Counted from the first letter of the stretch, positions 1 through 6,817 are shown. The stretch is 13,894 nucleotides of DNA from Deinococcus radiodurans R1 = ATCC 13939 = DSM 20539 (GCF_000008565.1 NC_001263.1:1453295-1467188), one strand, 5' to 3'. Numbers and translations are program-made. The notes: generated by a model not told the origin, from the sequence alone.

Positions 1-158
1 TGCGCGTGGTAGTACGGGTAGGCCGTGCGCGAGAGCAGCAGCGCCGCCAGCACCACCAGCGTGGCGACCAGGGTCGGGTTGGCAAGCGGCGAGCGCACCC
101 GCAGTTGCAGCAGCATCCCGGCGACAAAAGCGAGCAGCGTGAGCGGCAGCCAGATCAT
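1..158 (-). CDS. LrgB/CidB-family membrane protein; only the N-terminal ~52 codons are present because the gene runs off the left edge
   Basis: A reverse-strand ATG at 158-156 (absent from the ORF track because the gene is truncated) reads MIWLPLTLLAFVAGMLLQLRVRSPLANPTLVATLVVLAALLLSRTAYPYYHA. This is a hydrophobic TM-type sequence resembling LrgB N-termini. The ATG overlaps the TGA of the upstream LrgA-like gene (ATGA at 155-158), which is the canonical lrgA-lrgB arrangement. Confidence 0.65.
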   Translation of the reverse strand, partial: MIWLPLTLLAFVAGMLLQLRVRSPLANPTLVATLVVLAALLLSRTAYPYYHA

Positions 159-595
159 GCCTGTTCCTCCTCTCGCTGGCCTTGCGCCGGGAGAGGCCGC
201 AGTAACCTGTTGGCGAGCAGCCCCGCCGTCCCCGCGCCGAGCAGCAGCCCCGCCGTCATCACCAGCAGCCACAGGCCCCAGGCCGCGCCCGCCGAGAAGT
301 AGTTGATGACGCCCACCGTGGCCGGCACGAACAGCAGCCCCAGGATGCTCAGCAGGCTGTCGGCCGCCCCCTGCAGCCAGTGCAGCCGCACCGCGCCCAC
401 GCCCAGCGCGAGCCACAGCAGCAGCATGCCCGCCACCGGCCCCGGCAGCGGCAGATGCAGGGCGCGGGTCAGCGCCTCACCCAGCGCCGCAAAACTCCAC
501 AGGAGGGCCAGCCCCAGCACGAAACGCACCGGCGCCGGGAGGGCCGCCGTGACACTTCCTCCCGGACGGTCAGCAGGCGAGCGCGGCGCCGACAC
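155..595 (-). CDS. CidA/LrgA-family holin-like / transporter small subunit (146 aa)
   Basis: The ORF-track protein has about 4 TM segments and family-typical motifs (LPLPGPVAGMLLLW, LLFVPATVGVINY). The start is GTG at 595-593, preceded by GGAGG about 8 nt upstream, and lies directly after the mtnN stop (TGAGTG). Confidence 0.85.
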   Translation of the reverse strand: MSAPRSPADRPGGSVTAALPAPVRFVLGLALLWSFAALGEALTRALHLPLPGPVAGMLLLWLALGVGAVRLHWLQGAADSLLSILGLLFVPATVGVINYFSAGAAWGLWLLVMTAGLLLGAGTAGLLANRLLRPLPAQGQREEEQA

Positions 596-1300
<705 letters not shown>

Positions 1301-1306
1301 GGAGCC

Positions 1307-1345
1307 GAGCATAGCCCGCCCCGGGCGCCGCGTGGGGCTATGCTC
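1307..1345. promoter_or_regulatory. Perfect 11-bp inverted repeat (GAGCATAGCCC-N17-GGGCTATGCTC) carrying two divergent -10-like TATGCT boxes
   Basis: The arms are at 1307-1317 and 1335-1345. On the plus strand TATGCT (1339-1344) lies 6 nt before the ATG at 1351. On the minus strand TATGCT (1313-1308) lies 7 nt before the ATG at 1300. This geometry fits leaderless or near-leaderless promoters. It could alternatively be an operator. Confidence 0.4.
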
Positions 1346-1350
1346 ACGGC

Positions 1351-2556
1351 ATGACCATTCCGGACAGCACCCCCAGCGACTTTTCCCACGAGTTTTTCGG
1401 CTCGCTCGACCCGCAGGCCCTCGCGCACCCTGACTCGATCAAGTGGCAGCACTACGGCGAGGGCGTGATTCCCATGTGGATTGCCGACATGGATTTTCCG
1501 GTGGCCCCGCCGATTCTGCGCGCGTTGGAAGACCGGCTGACGCGCGGCCTGGGTTACCCGCTCGGGCGCGACGACCGGCTGATCGCGGACCTGCAGACCA
1601 AATGGGCGAGCCAGGGCCTGACCGACGTGCCGGCCGACGGCATCCACTTCACGCCCAGCGTGGTGCCGGGGCTGTACGCGGGCGTGCACGGCCTGACCGA
1701 GCCCGGCGACCGGGTGGTCACCATGACGCCCATCTACCACCCCTTCCACCTCGCCATCAACGACCTGGGCCGCGAGGTGGCCGCCGCGCCGCTGCGCGAG
1801 GGCGACACCCGCTGGGAGATCGACTGGGACGCGCTGGAACGGGCCGCCGAGGGCGCCAGGCTGCTGATGCTCTGCCACCCCCACAATCCCTGCGGGCGGG
1901 TGTGGGACGCAGACGAACTGGCGCGGCTGCGCGAGCTGGTGCTGGCCCACGACCTGTACGTGATTTCCGACGAGCTGCACGCCGACCTGCGCTTTACCGA
2001 TGCCCCTTTCGAGGCCTTCGCCGCCGACCCGCGCGTGCGTGACCGGACGCTGACCGTGACCGGCCCCTGCAAGGCGTTCAACACGGCGGGCCTGGGCATC
2101 GGCGTGATGGTCACCCATGACCCCGAACTGCTCGCGCGGGTGCAGCGCCGGGTGGCGGGCCTGGGCGGGCATCCTTCGGCGCTGAGCTTCACGATGTGGC
2201 GCGTGGCACTCGAAGACGGCGGCCCCTGGCTGGCCCGGACGGTGGAGTACCTGCGCGGCAACCGCGACTTCATGACCGCCTTCCTGCGTGAGCGGTTGCC
2301 CTGGGTGCGCTTCACCGTGCCCGAGGCGACCTACCTCGCCTGGCTCGACCTGCGCGAGCACCCGGAAGCCGGACGCATCCAGGAATTTCTGCTCGAAGAA
2401 GCCAAAGTCGCCGTCCACAACGGCCCCACCTTCGCCCCCGGCGAACAGGGCGCGGCCTATCAGGGCTTCATTCGCGTCAACTTCGCCACCAGCCGGGCCA
2501 TTCTGACCGAGGCGCTCGAACGCATGGCGCGGGCGCTGGACACGCGGCAGGGGTAA
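1351..2556 (+). CDS. PLP-dependent aminotransferase class I/II, MalY/PatB-type cystathionine beta-lyase (C-S lyase), 401 aa
   Basis: The N-terminal signature ...HPDSIKWQHYGEGVIPMWIADMDFPVAPPILRAL... and the later ...CHPHNPCGRVW..., ...TGPCKAFNTAGL... (PLP-lysine region) and ...IRVNFATS... are typical of the MalY/PatB subfamily. Confidence 0.85.
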   Translation: MTIPDSTPSDFSHEFFGSLDPQALAHPDSIKWQHYGEGVIPMWIADMDFPVAPPILRALEDRLTRGLGYPLGRDDRLIADLQTKWASQGLTDVPADGIHFTPSVVPGLYAGVHGLTEPGDRVVTMTPIYHPFHLAINDLGREVAAAPLREGDTRWEIDWDALERAAEGARLLMLCHPHNPCGRVWDADELARLRELVLAHDLYVISDELHADLRFTDAPFEAFAADPRVRDRTLTVTGPCKAFNTAGLGIGVMVTHDPELLARVQRRVAGLGGHPSALSFTMWRVALEDGGPWLARTVEYLRGNRDFMTAFLRERLPWVRFTVPEATYLAWLDLREHPEAGRIQEFLLEEAKVAVHNGPTFAPGEQGAAYQGFIRVNFATSRAILTEALERMARALDTRQG

Positions 2557-2572
2557 GACCGCACAGCAGGAC

Positions 2573-2620
2573 AAAGGCGCGGCGTCAGGAGGAACTGACC
2601 TCTGCGGCGCTCCGCCTTTC
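2573..2620 (+). terminator. Possible terminator hairpin after the C-S lyase gene
   Basis: AAAGGCG (2573-2579) pairs with CGCCTTT (2613-2619). An inner GTCAG/CTGAC stem lies at 2584-2599. The T-rich tract that follows (tttcagttctct) is weak. Confidence 0.3.
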
Positions 2621-2629
2621 AGTTCTCTA

Positions 2630-3673
2630 TTGATAACGGTGTAGGTATGAATTGGTAAGCTGGCCGTATGCCCGGATGGCAGCCGACCCAGTATTCCCGC
2701 GCTCAGCTTGAGGAGCGCCGCTTGGCCGCGCTTGAATGGATTGAACGTGGGACGCATCGAAACCGGGAGATTGCTCAGCACTTCGGCGTGTCGGTACACA
2801 CCGTGTACACCTGGAAAGCCCGCCTGAAGCGTAACGGTGGCCTTCAGGCCACCGTTGCCCGTGGCGCTTCTGCACGTCTGAGCGCGACGCAACACGAGCA
2901 GCTTCGCACCCTCCCGCAGGAAGGTGCCCTGCACCATGGCTTCCCTGATGACACCTGGACGACCCTACGCGTCACCAACCTGATTGGGCGGCACTTTGAC
3001 GTGTGGTACCACCACGACCACGTGCGGAAGATTCTCAGACGCTTGGGGTTTACGCCCCAGATGCCAGATGGCCGAGCGGCCGAGCGCAACGAACTTCGGA
3101 TCGCATCCTGGAAAGAACAGGTTGCACCGGAGTTGGAAAAAAAAGGTCGCTGAGGGCGCAATCCTAGTGTATCTGGATGAGGTCGGCTTCTCGCTGAAAG
3201 GCGTGCGAAGGCGGACTTGGGGAACCAGGGGCGTGACGCCCCTGGTCAAGCTTCCGGCGAATTGGGAGAAGCTCTCCACCATCGGGGCAATAACCTCGGA
3301 CGGACGATTCTTCCAAAACACAAGATCTGGAGCGATTCGGAGTACGGATGTCACTCAGTTCTTTCGACACCTCCTGCGGCACATCCAAGGGGAGCTTGTG
3401 GTAGTGCTGGACAACGCGGGCATTCATCGATCTAAAGCCACTCAGGCGTTCGTGGGTCTCCACGAACGCCTCTCACTGGTGTTTCTACCGCCGTACGCCC
3501 CGGAATTGAACCCGATTGAGCTGGTGTGGGCATACGTGAAGCGGAATGCGTTGGGGAATTTCTGTGCGCGTTCGATCGTTGAACTCAAAGGGCGACTGGT
3601 CAGCGCGTGGCAGCGCCTTCGGTATATCGAACTGCCTCAACGACTTATCGACTCAAATCTACGCCGCGATCAA
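2630..3673 (+). mobile_element. IS630/Tc1-mariner family insertion sequence (1044 bp) flanked by a TA target duplication within CTAG
   Basis: Imperfect terminal inverted repeats: the left end ttgataacggtgtaggtatgaattggtaag matches the reverse complement of the right end ttgatcgcggcgtagatttgagtcgataag at about 22 of 31 positions. TA occurs at 2628-2629 and again at 3674-3675. The reconstructed target is ctcTAgag, which is the CTAG preference of IS630. The element contains a two-ORF DDE transposase. G+C is visibly lower than in the flanking DNA. Confidence 0.85.
2668..3153 (+). CDS. IS630-family transposase, N-terminal HTH part (OrfA, 161 aa), ending just after an A8 tract
   Basis: An HTH-type sequence (REIAQHFGVSVHTVYTWKARLKRNG) is followed by a second winged-helix-like segment (RHFDVWYHHDHVRKILRRLGFTPQMP), as in IS630 transposase DNA-binding regions. 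Confidence 0.85.
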   Translation: MPGWQPTQYSRAQLEERRLAALEWIERGTHRNREIAQHFGVSVHTVYTWKARLKRNGGLQATVARGASARLSATQHEQLRTLPQEGALHHGFPDDTWTTLRVTNLIGRHFDVWYHHDHVRKILRRLGFTPQMPDGRAAERNELRIASWKEQVAPELEKKGR

Positions 3674-3676
3674 TAG
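3137..3676 (+). CDS. IS630-family transposase, DDE catalytic part (OrfB), in the +1 frame relative to OrfA
   Basis: The sequence KKKVAEGAILVYLDEVGF...VVVLDNAGIHRS...PPYAPELNPIELVWAYVKR shows the DD35E signature, with 35 residues between the second D and the E of NPIE. There is no plausible start of its own, and the frame overlaps OrfA at the A8 tract (3137-3144). The ORF-track start at 2984 is not credible. Confidence 0.8.
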   Translation, partial: KKKVAEGAILVYLDEVGFSLKGVRRRTWGTRGVTPLVKLPANWEKLSTIGAITSDGRFFQNTRSGAIRSTDVTQFFRHLLRHIQGELVVVLDNAGIHRSKATQAFVGLHERLSLVFLPPYAPELNPIELVWAYVKRNALGNFCARSIVELKGRLVSAWQRLRYIELPQRLIDSNLRRDQ

Positions 3677-3775
3677 AGCATTTGACAGAACACCCTCACC
3701 CCTCGCTCCGCGAGGCCCTCTCCCATCAAGGTAGAGGGTCAGGAACGCAAAGCATTATTCTGTCAAATGCTCCAG
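3674..3775. repeat. ~100-bp MITE/SNR-like element with 18-bp terminal inverted repeats and two internal hairpins
   Basis: gagcatttgacagaa (3676-3690) is the perfect reverse complement of ttctgtcaaatgctc (3758-3772). With one mismatch the match extends to ct[a/g]gagc..., using the reconstructed pre-IS sequence. Internal stems are cctcgc/gcgagg (3701-3715) and ccctct/agaggg (3716-3738). Confidence 0.5.
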
Positions 3776-4471
3776 CCAGCCCCACCACACCGCCGCCAGT
3801 TCTCCCCCTTGCGCTTCCTGCCGCGCCTCATCTCCCCTTCCCAGCGCCAGCAGCGCGAGCACCCGCGCCGGACTGCGGGGCAACGAACGCCCCAGCGCCC
3901 GCTCTGCCGTCTGCCGGGCTTTGGCTGGGGAACCGACCCGCGCCTGCACGTGGGCCAGCACCGCGAGGAGATGGGGGTCGGCAGCTGCGCCAGTCAGTTC
4001 AGCCACCTTGAGCCCTTCGGCGAGGGAACGCAGGGCGGTCATCAGCGCGCCGCCTGCCAGTTCCAGTTCACTGAGCAGCGTGGCGGCGGCAATGAGTGCA
4101 GCAGCGTCACCTTCGCGCCTCGCCTGGGACCGGGCAGCCTGCGCCAGCGTGAGCGCCTGAGGCTCTCTCAGTTGAGCACTGGCCCGCGCTTCCAACACCG
4201 CGCGGCGGGCCGAGTCAGACAATTGCGCCAGTAGTGCCCGCGCCTGTTGCGCTTCGCCCAGCCGCAGCAAGGCCGGAAACCTGACCCAGGGAGAAGCACT
4301 CCAACTCAGGGCGAGACGGGGATGACCTTGCTGCAAGGCAAGAGCCGCTGCGTCTTCCTGTTGCTCAGGAGACAGGTCTGACCAGAGCGCTTGGACAGTC
4401 GCGGCATCCGGAATTTCTGGCGCACACAGCAGAGTTTCCAGAGCGTCGAGGTCAGGCACGCCCCGCAGCAT
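3755..4471 (-). CDS. Hypothetical Ala/Leu-rich all-helical (TPR/HEAT-like?) protein, 238 aa
   Basis: This is the only ORF in the region with protein-like composition; both plus-strand alternatives are Arg/Pro junk. I recognise no family. The ATG at 4471 sits inside a TATGCT box, and an in-frame GTG at 4459 is an alternative start. The last 6 codons and the stop lie in the right arm of the inverted-repeat element. Confidence 0.6.
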   Translation of the reverse strand: MLRGVPDLDALETLLCAPEIPDAATVQALWSDLSPEQQEDAAALALQQGHPRLALSWSASPWVRFPALLRLGEAQQARALLAQLSDSARRAVLEARASAQLREPQALTLAQAARSQARREGDAAALIAAATLLSELELAGGALMTALRSLAEGLKVAELTGAAADPHLLAVLAHVQARVGSPAKARQTAERALGRSLPRSPARVLALLALGRGDEARQEAQGGELAAVWWGWLEHLTE

Positions 4472-4499
4472 AGCGGGCGCCTATCAGCCGGCGCAGACC

Positions 4500-4703
4500 T
4501 TATGCGCTCAGAGCAAATTCCAAGCCCAGGAAGCGCCACAGCGAGCGCCGGGGCACGCGCAGACCGCTGGGATGCTCGACGGCGCCCAGACGGCCATCCT
4601 TGATCCAGCGGCGCACGGTGCGCTCGTGGGTGCCGGTGAAGTCAGCGACCTCGCTGACTTTAAGGAGTTTGGGCAGGTTGTCGAACTGGCTGGCTAGGGT
4701 CAT
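4500..4703 (-). CDS. Excisionase-family (MerR-superfamily) helix-turn-helix DNA-binding protein, 67 aa
   Basis: MTLASQFDNLPKLLKVSEVADFTGTHERTVRRWIKDGRLGAVEHPSGLRVPRRSLWRFLG matches the excisionase-type HTH pattern (LLTv.EaA..lgvs..Tv.rwi..G.L.a......r.i.r..L..fl). The ATG at 4703 has GAGGAG about 8 nt upstream. The longer ORF-track N-terminus (to 4796) is not protein-like. Confidence 0.75.
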   Translation of the reverse strand: MTLASQFDNLPKLLKVSEVADFTGTHERTVRRWIKDGRLGAVEHPSGLRVPRRSLWRFLGLEFALSA

Positions 4704-4747
4704 GACTGATCTCCTCTCTTCTGAACGGGCGCTTGGGGCCACCCCTT

Positions 4748-4767
4748 CATGTACAAGCATGTACAAG
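4748..4767. promoter_or_regulatory. Tandem 10-bp repeat CATGTACAAG x2 (TGTACA-N4-TGTACA), a candidate operator upstream of the HTH gene
   Basis: Two palindromic TGTACA cores at 4750-4755 and 4760-4765 are spaced one helical turn apart, 45-65 bp upstream of the ATG at 4703. They are bracketed by direct repeats TGGGGCCACC at 4734-4743 and 4783-4792. Confidence 0.35.
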
Positions 4768-5174
4768 CAGGCAAAACGCACGTGGGGCCACCACAAGGCA
4801 GCCCCACGCAGAATTGAATTGAGTCAAGGTCGGTCTCGCGCACGCCCGGCGCCGCGCCGCCTCCGGGAAGCAGGGGGATCTCACCCCACCCGGACGGGCC
4901 AGCAGCAAAAGAGACAGGCGAACGTTTCAACTTGCCCGGAGGCTAGCACGCCCCCTGTCAGCAGGAAGTCAACTCACCCTGAAGAAATCTAGGGAAATGG
5001 AGCGGGGCCAGAGAGCCTTTTTCAGCCGCCGTAATGCTGAAAGTCGCGGTGCCGGGCGGTCTGGGGGCGTGTCCAGGCTGACCAGACCTCAGGTTCGCGC
5101 CTCACATTGTTCCCCCAACGGTACGCGGCGGCGCGGGGCAAGCGGAGGGGTATGCTGGGGCCGCAACATCAGCA

Positions 5175-5255
5175 GCAGCGGGGCCAACCAGTGCCGTCTG
5201 CGCTTTTTGCTGCCGCTCAGTACAGCTCACGCCGGCTGCCGGCGCCACTCTTTTT
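5175..5255 (+). promoter_or_regulatory. Two terminator-like hairpins with T-runs in the prs upstream region (possible leader/attenuator)
   Basis: Hairpin 1 pairs gcagcgg (5175-5181) with ccgtctgc (5194-5201, one bulged T) and is followed by gcTTTTT (to 5208). Hairpin 2 pairs cgccgg (5230-5235) with ccggcg (5239-5244) and is followed by ccactcTTTTT (to 5255). A TATGCT -10-like box lies at 5151-5156. Confidence 0.3.
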
Positions 5256-5299
5256 CTGTTGTTCTGTTTCCGTATCTCTAGTCCCGGAGGAATCCCGCC

Positions 5300-6298
5300 T
5301 TGTCCCTGCCCACGTCCACCACCCCCGAGAGCTTCATGAATTCCCGCCGCTCGCCGCTGCTGGTGTTTTCCGGCCAGAGCAACCGTCCGCTGGCGCAGGC
5401 CATCTGCGACAACCTGGGGGTGCCGCTGGGGCGCAGCCGCACCGAGAAGTTCACCAACGACAACCTGATCGTGCACTACGAGGAGTCGCTGCGTGAGGGG
5501 GACGTGTTTATCGTCCAGACTTTTTCCACGCCGGTGAGCGACGCGATCATGGAGCTGATGCTGATGATCGACGCCGCCAAGTCGGCGAGCGCCGGGCGCG
5601 TGACCGCCGTGATTCCTTATTACTCCTACGCCCGCAGCGACAAGAAAGACAGCCCGCGCATCTCCATCGCCGGGCGGCTGGTCGCCGACCTGTTGCAGGA
5701 AGCCGGCGCCGACCGCGTGCTCACCATGACGCTGCACAGCCCGCAGGTGCACGGCTTTTTCAAGGTGCCGGTCGACCACCTCTCGGCGGACGTGGTGCTC
5801 AGCCAGCATTTCAAAAAGTGCGTGCCCGACGCCCACAACGGCGTGGTCCTCGCCCCCGACGCGGGCAGCATCAAGCGCGCCTCGCAGATTGCCCGGCGCC
5901 TGGACTCGGGCCTCGCCATGATCGATAAAGAGCGCCTCAGCGACACCGAAGTGCGCCCCCGTGCGCTGATCGGTGACGTGGACGGCAAGACCGTGTTTAT
6001 CGTGGACGACGAGATCAGCACCGCCGGGTCGCTGGTCGAAACCGTGAGCATTGCCCGCAGTATGGGCGCCAAGGACGTGTACGTGGCGGTGACGCACGGC
6101 GTGTACTCCGGCCCCGCCATCGAGCGCATCGCCGCGCTGGACGTGACGCAGGTGGCGAGCTGCAACACCGTGCTGGTGCCGCAGGACAAGCTCGACCGCG
6201 CAGGCGGCAAGCTCGCGGTGCTCGACGTGGCGCCGCTCTTTGCCAGCGCGATTGCCAACATTCACACCGGGGCTTCGGTCAGCACGCTGTTTACCTGA
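5300..6298 (+). CDS. prs: Ribose-phosphate pyrophosphokinase (PRPP synthetase)
   Basis: [16 protein letters not shown]...DVFIVQT...[33 protein letters not shown]...[17 protein letters not shown]...[13 protein letters not shown]... matches the Prs family over its full length. A TTG at 5300 has GGAGG 9 nt upstream. The ATG at 5336 ([11 protein letters not shown]) is an alternative start. Confidence 0.9.
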   Translation: MSLPTSTTPESFMNSRRSPLLVFSGQSNRPLAQAICDNLGVPLGRSRTEKFTNDNLIVHYEESLREGDVFIVQTFSTPVSDAIMELMLMIDAAKSASAGRVTAVIPYYSYARSDKKDSPRISIAGRLVADLLQEAGADRVLTMTLHSPQVHGFFKVPVDHLSADVVLSQHFKKCVPDAHNGVVLAPDAGSIKRASQIARRLDSGLAMIDKERLSDTEVRPRALIGDVDGKTVFIVDDEISTAGSLVETVSIARSMGAKDVYVAVTHGVYSGPAIERIAALDVTQVASCNTVLVPQDKLDRAGGKLAVLDVAPLFASAIANIHTGASVSTLFT

Positions 6299-6311
6299 CC
6301 TGAGCTGCGAC

Positions 6312-6355
6312 GGGGAAGCTGAGGCGTTGTCCCTGGCTTCCCCTTCGCCTTTTTG
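6312..6355 (+). terminator. Candidate intrinsic terminator after prs
   Basis: ggggaagc (6312-6319) pairs with gcttcccc (6336-6343) around a 16-nt loop, and is followed by ttcgccTTTTT. Confidence 0.4.
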
Positions 6356-6433
6356 CTGCAACCAGGGCCGGAAGGCGGGCCTTTGTGGACTCTTGACCTT
6401 TGTGCCCGGCGCGGCCTGGCTTATGCTGGCCCC

Positions 6434-6817
6434 ATGACGCCGCCGACCCAACGCACCAATCCGCTGTGGGTGGCGGTTGGTTTTATGCTGACGGGCCTGG
6501 GTTTTCTGGGCCTCATTCTGCCGGGGCTGCCCGGCACCGTGTTTTTCGTGCTCGCCGCCGCCGCCTTCGCCAAGGGCGACCCGCGCTGGGAAGCGTGGCT
6601 GCTGTCGCGCCCGGTGGTGGGCCAAATGGTGCAGGACTACCGCGAGGGCAAGGGCATGCCGCTGCGGGCCAAGTGGATTGCCTGCGCGTGCATCGTGGTG
6701 GCGGTGAGCTTTAGCCTGACGCGCATTCCAGTGCTGGTCGGACAGGTGACGTGGGTGCTGGTGGCGCTGTTCGGCATCTGGTACATCACCCGGCGGGTGC
6801 CCACCAAGCGCGAGTGA
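6434..6817 (+). CDS. DUF454/YbaN-family inner-membrane protein, 127 aa
   Basis: MTPPTQRTNPLWVAVGFMLTGLGFLGLILPGLPGTVFFVLAAAAFAKGDPRWEAWLL... has the ...G..G..LPgLPtT.F.llAa..f.+.s.r...wL pattern typical of YbaN. The ATG at 6434 is preceded by TATGCT (6422-6427) with a 6-nt spacer. The ORF-track start at 6353 is unlikely. Confidence 0.8.
   Translation: MTPPTQRTNPLWVAVGFMLTGLGFLGLILPGLPGTVFFVLAAAAFAKGDPRWEAWLLSRPVVGQMVQDYREGKGMPLRAKWIACACIVVAVSFSLTRIPVLVGQVTWVLVALFGIWYITRRVPTKRE

Noticed and set aside
2984-3136. ORF-track start at 2984 for the second transposase ORF
   Set aside because: This stretch overlaps OrfA out of frame and translates to non-homologous sequence (MGGTLTCGTTTTTCGRF...). 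Similarity to IS630 catalytic domains begins only at the A8 tract.
3607-4234. Plus-strand ORFs 3607-4011 and 3767-4234
   Set aside because: They are Pro/Ala/Arg-rich and have no start context. The minus-strand 238-aa ORF has much more protein-like composition. One of them also runs through the inverted-repeat element.
4704-4796. N-terminal extension of the HTH ORF (MWWPHVRFACLYMLVHEG...)
   Set aside because: The extension covers the TGTACA repeats and is not protein-like. The internal ATG at 4703 has a good GAGGAG ribosome-binding site and yields a canonical ~67-aa excisionase-type HTH protein.
4861-4900. SRP-RNA-like GGAAGCAG motif in a hairpin
   Set aside because: Only a short resemblance to the domain IV motif (CCGGGAAGCAGGGGG versus CCGGAAGGAAGCAGCC). 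The flanking sequence does not form the conserved symmetric and asymmetric loops.
5085-5105. tRNA T-loop-like GGTTCGCGCC
   Set aside because: There is no complementary T-stem, acceptor stem or anticodon arm around it on either strand.
4997-5496. ORFs 4997-5281 and 5107-5496 upstream of, and overlapping, prs
   Set aside because: They are Arg/Gly-rich or overlap the prs frame. The ATG at 5152 sits only 3 nt after GGAGG and is part of the TATGCT box. Nothing supports a coding role.
6421-6437. Possible radiation/desiccation response motif (RDRM-like half-site TTATGC)
   Set aside because: Only the first half-site fits. The second half (CCATGA) does not match the palindromic consensus. Other candidates (TTCTGT at 5255-5271 and 3758-3774) also lack the partner half-site at the right spacing.
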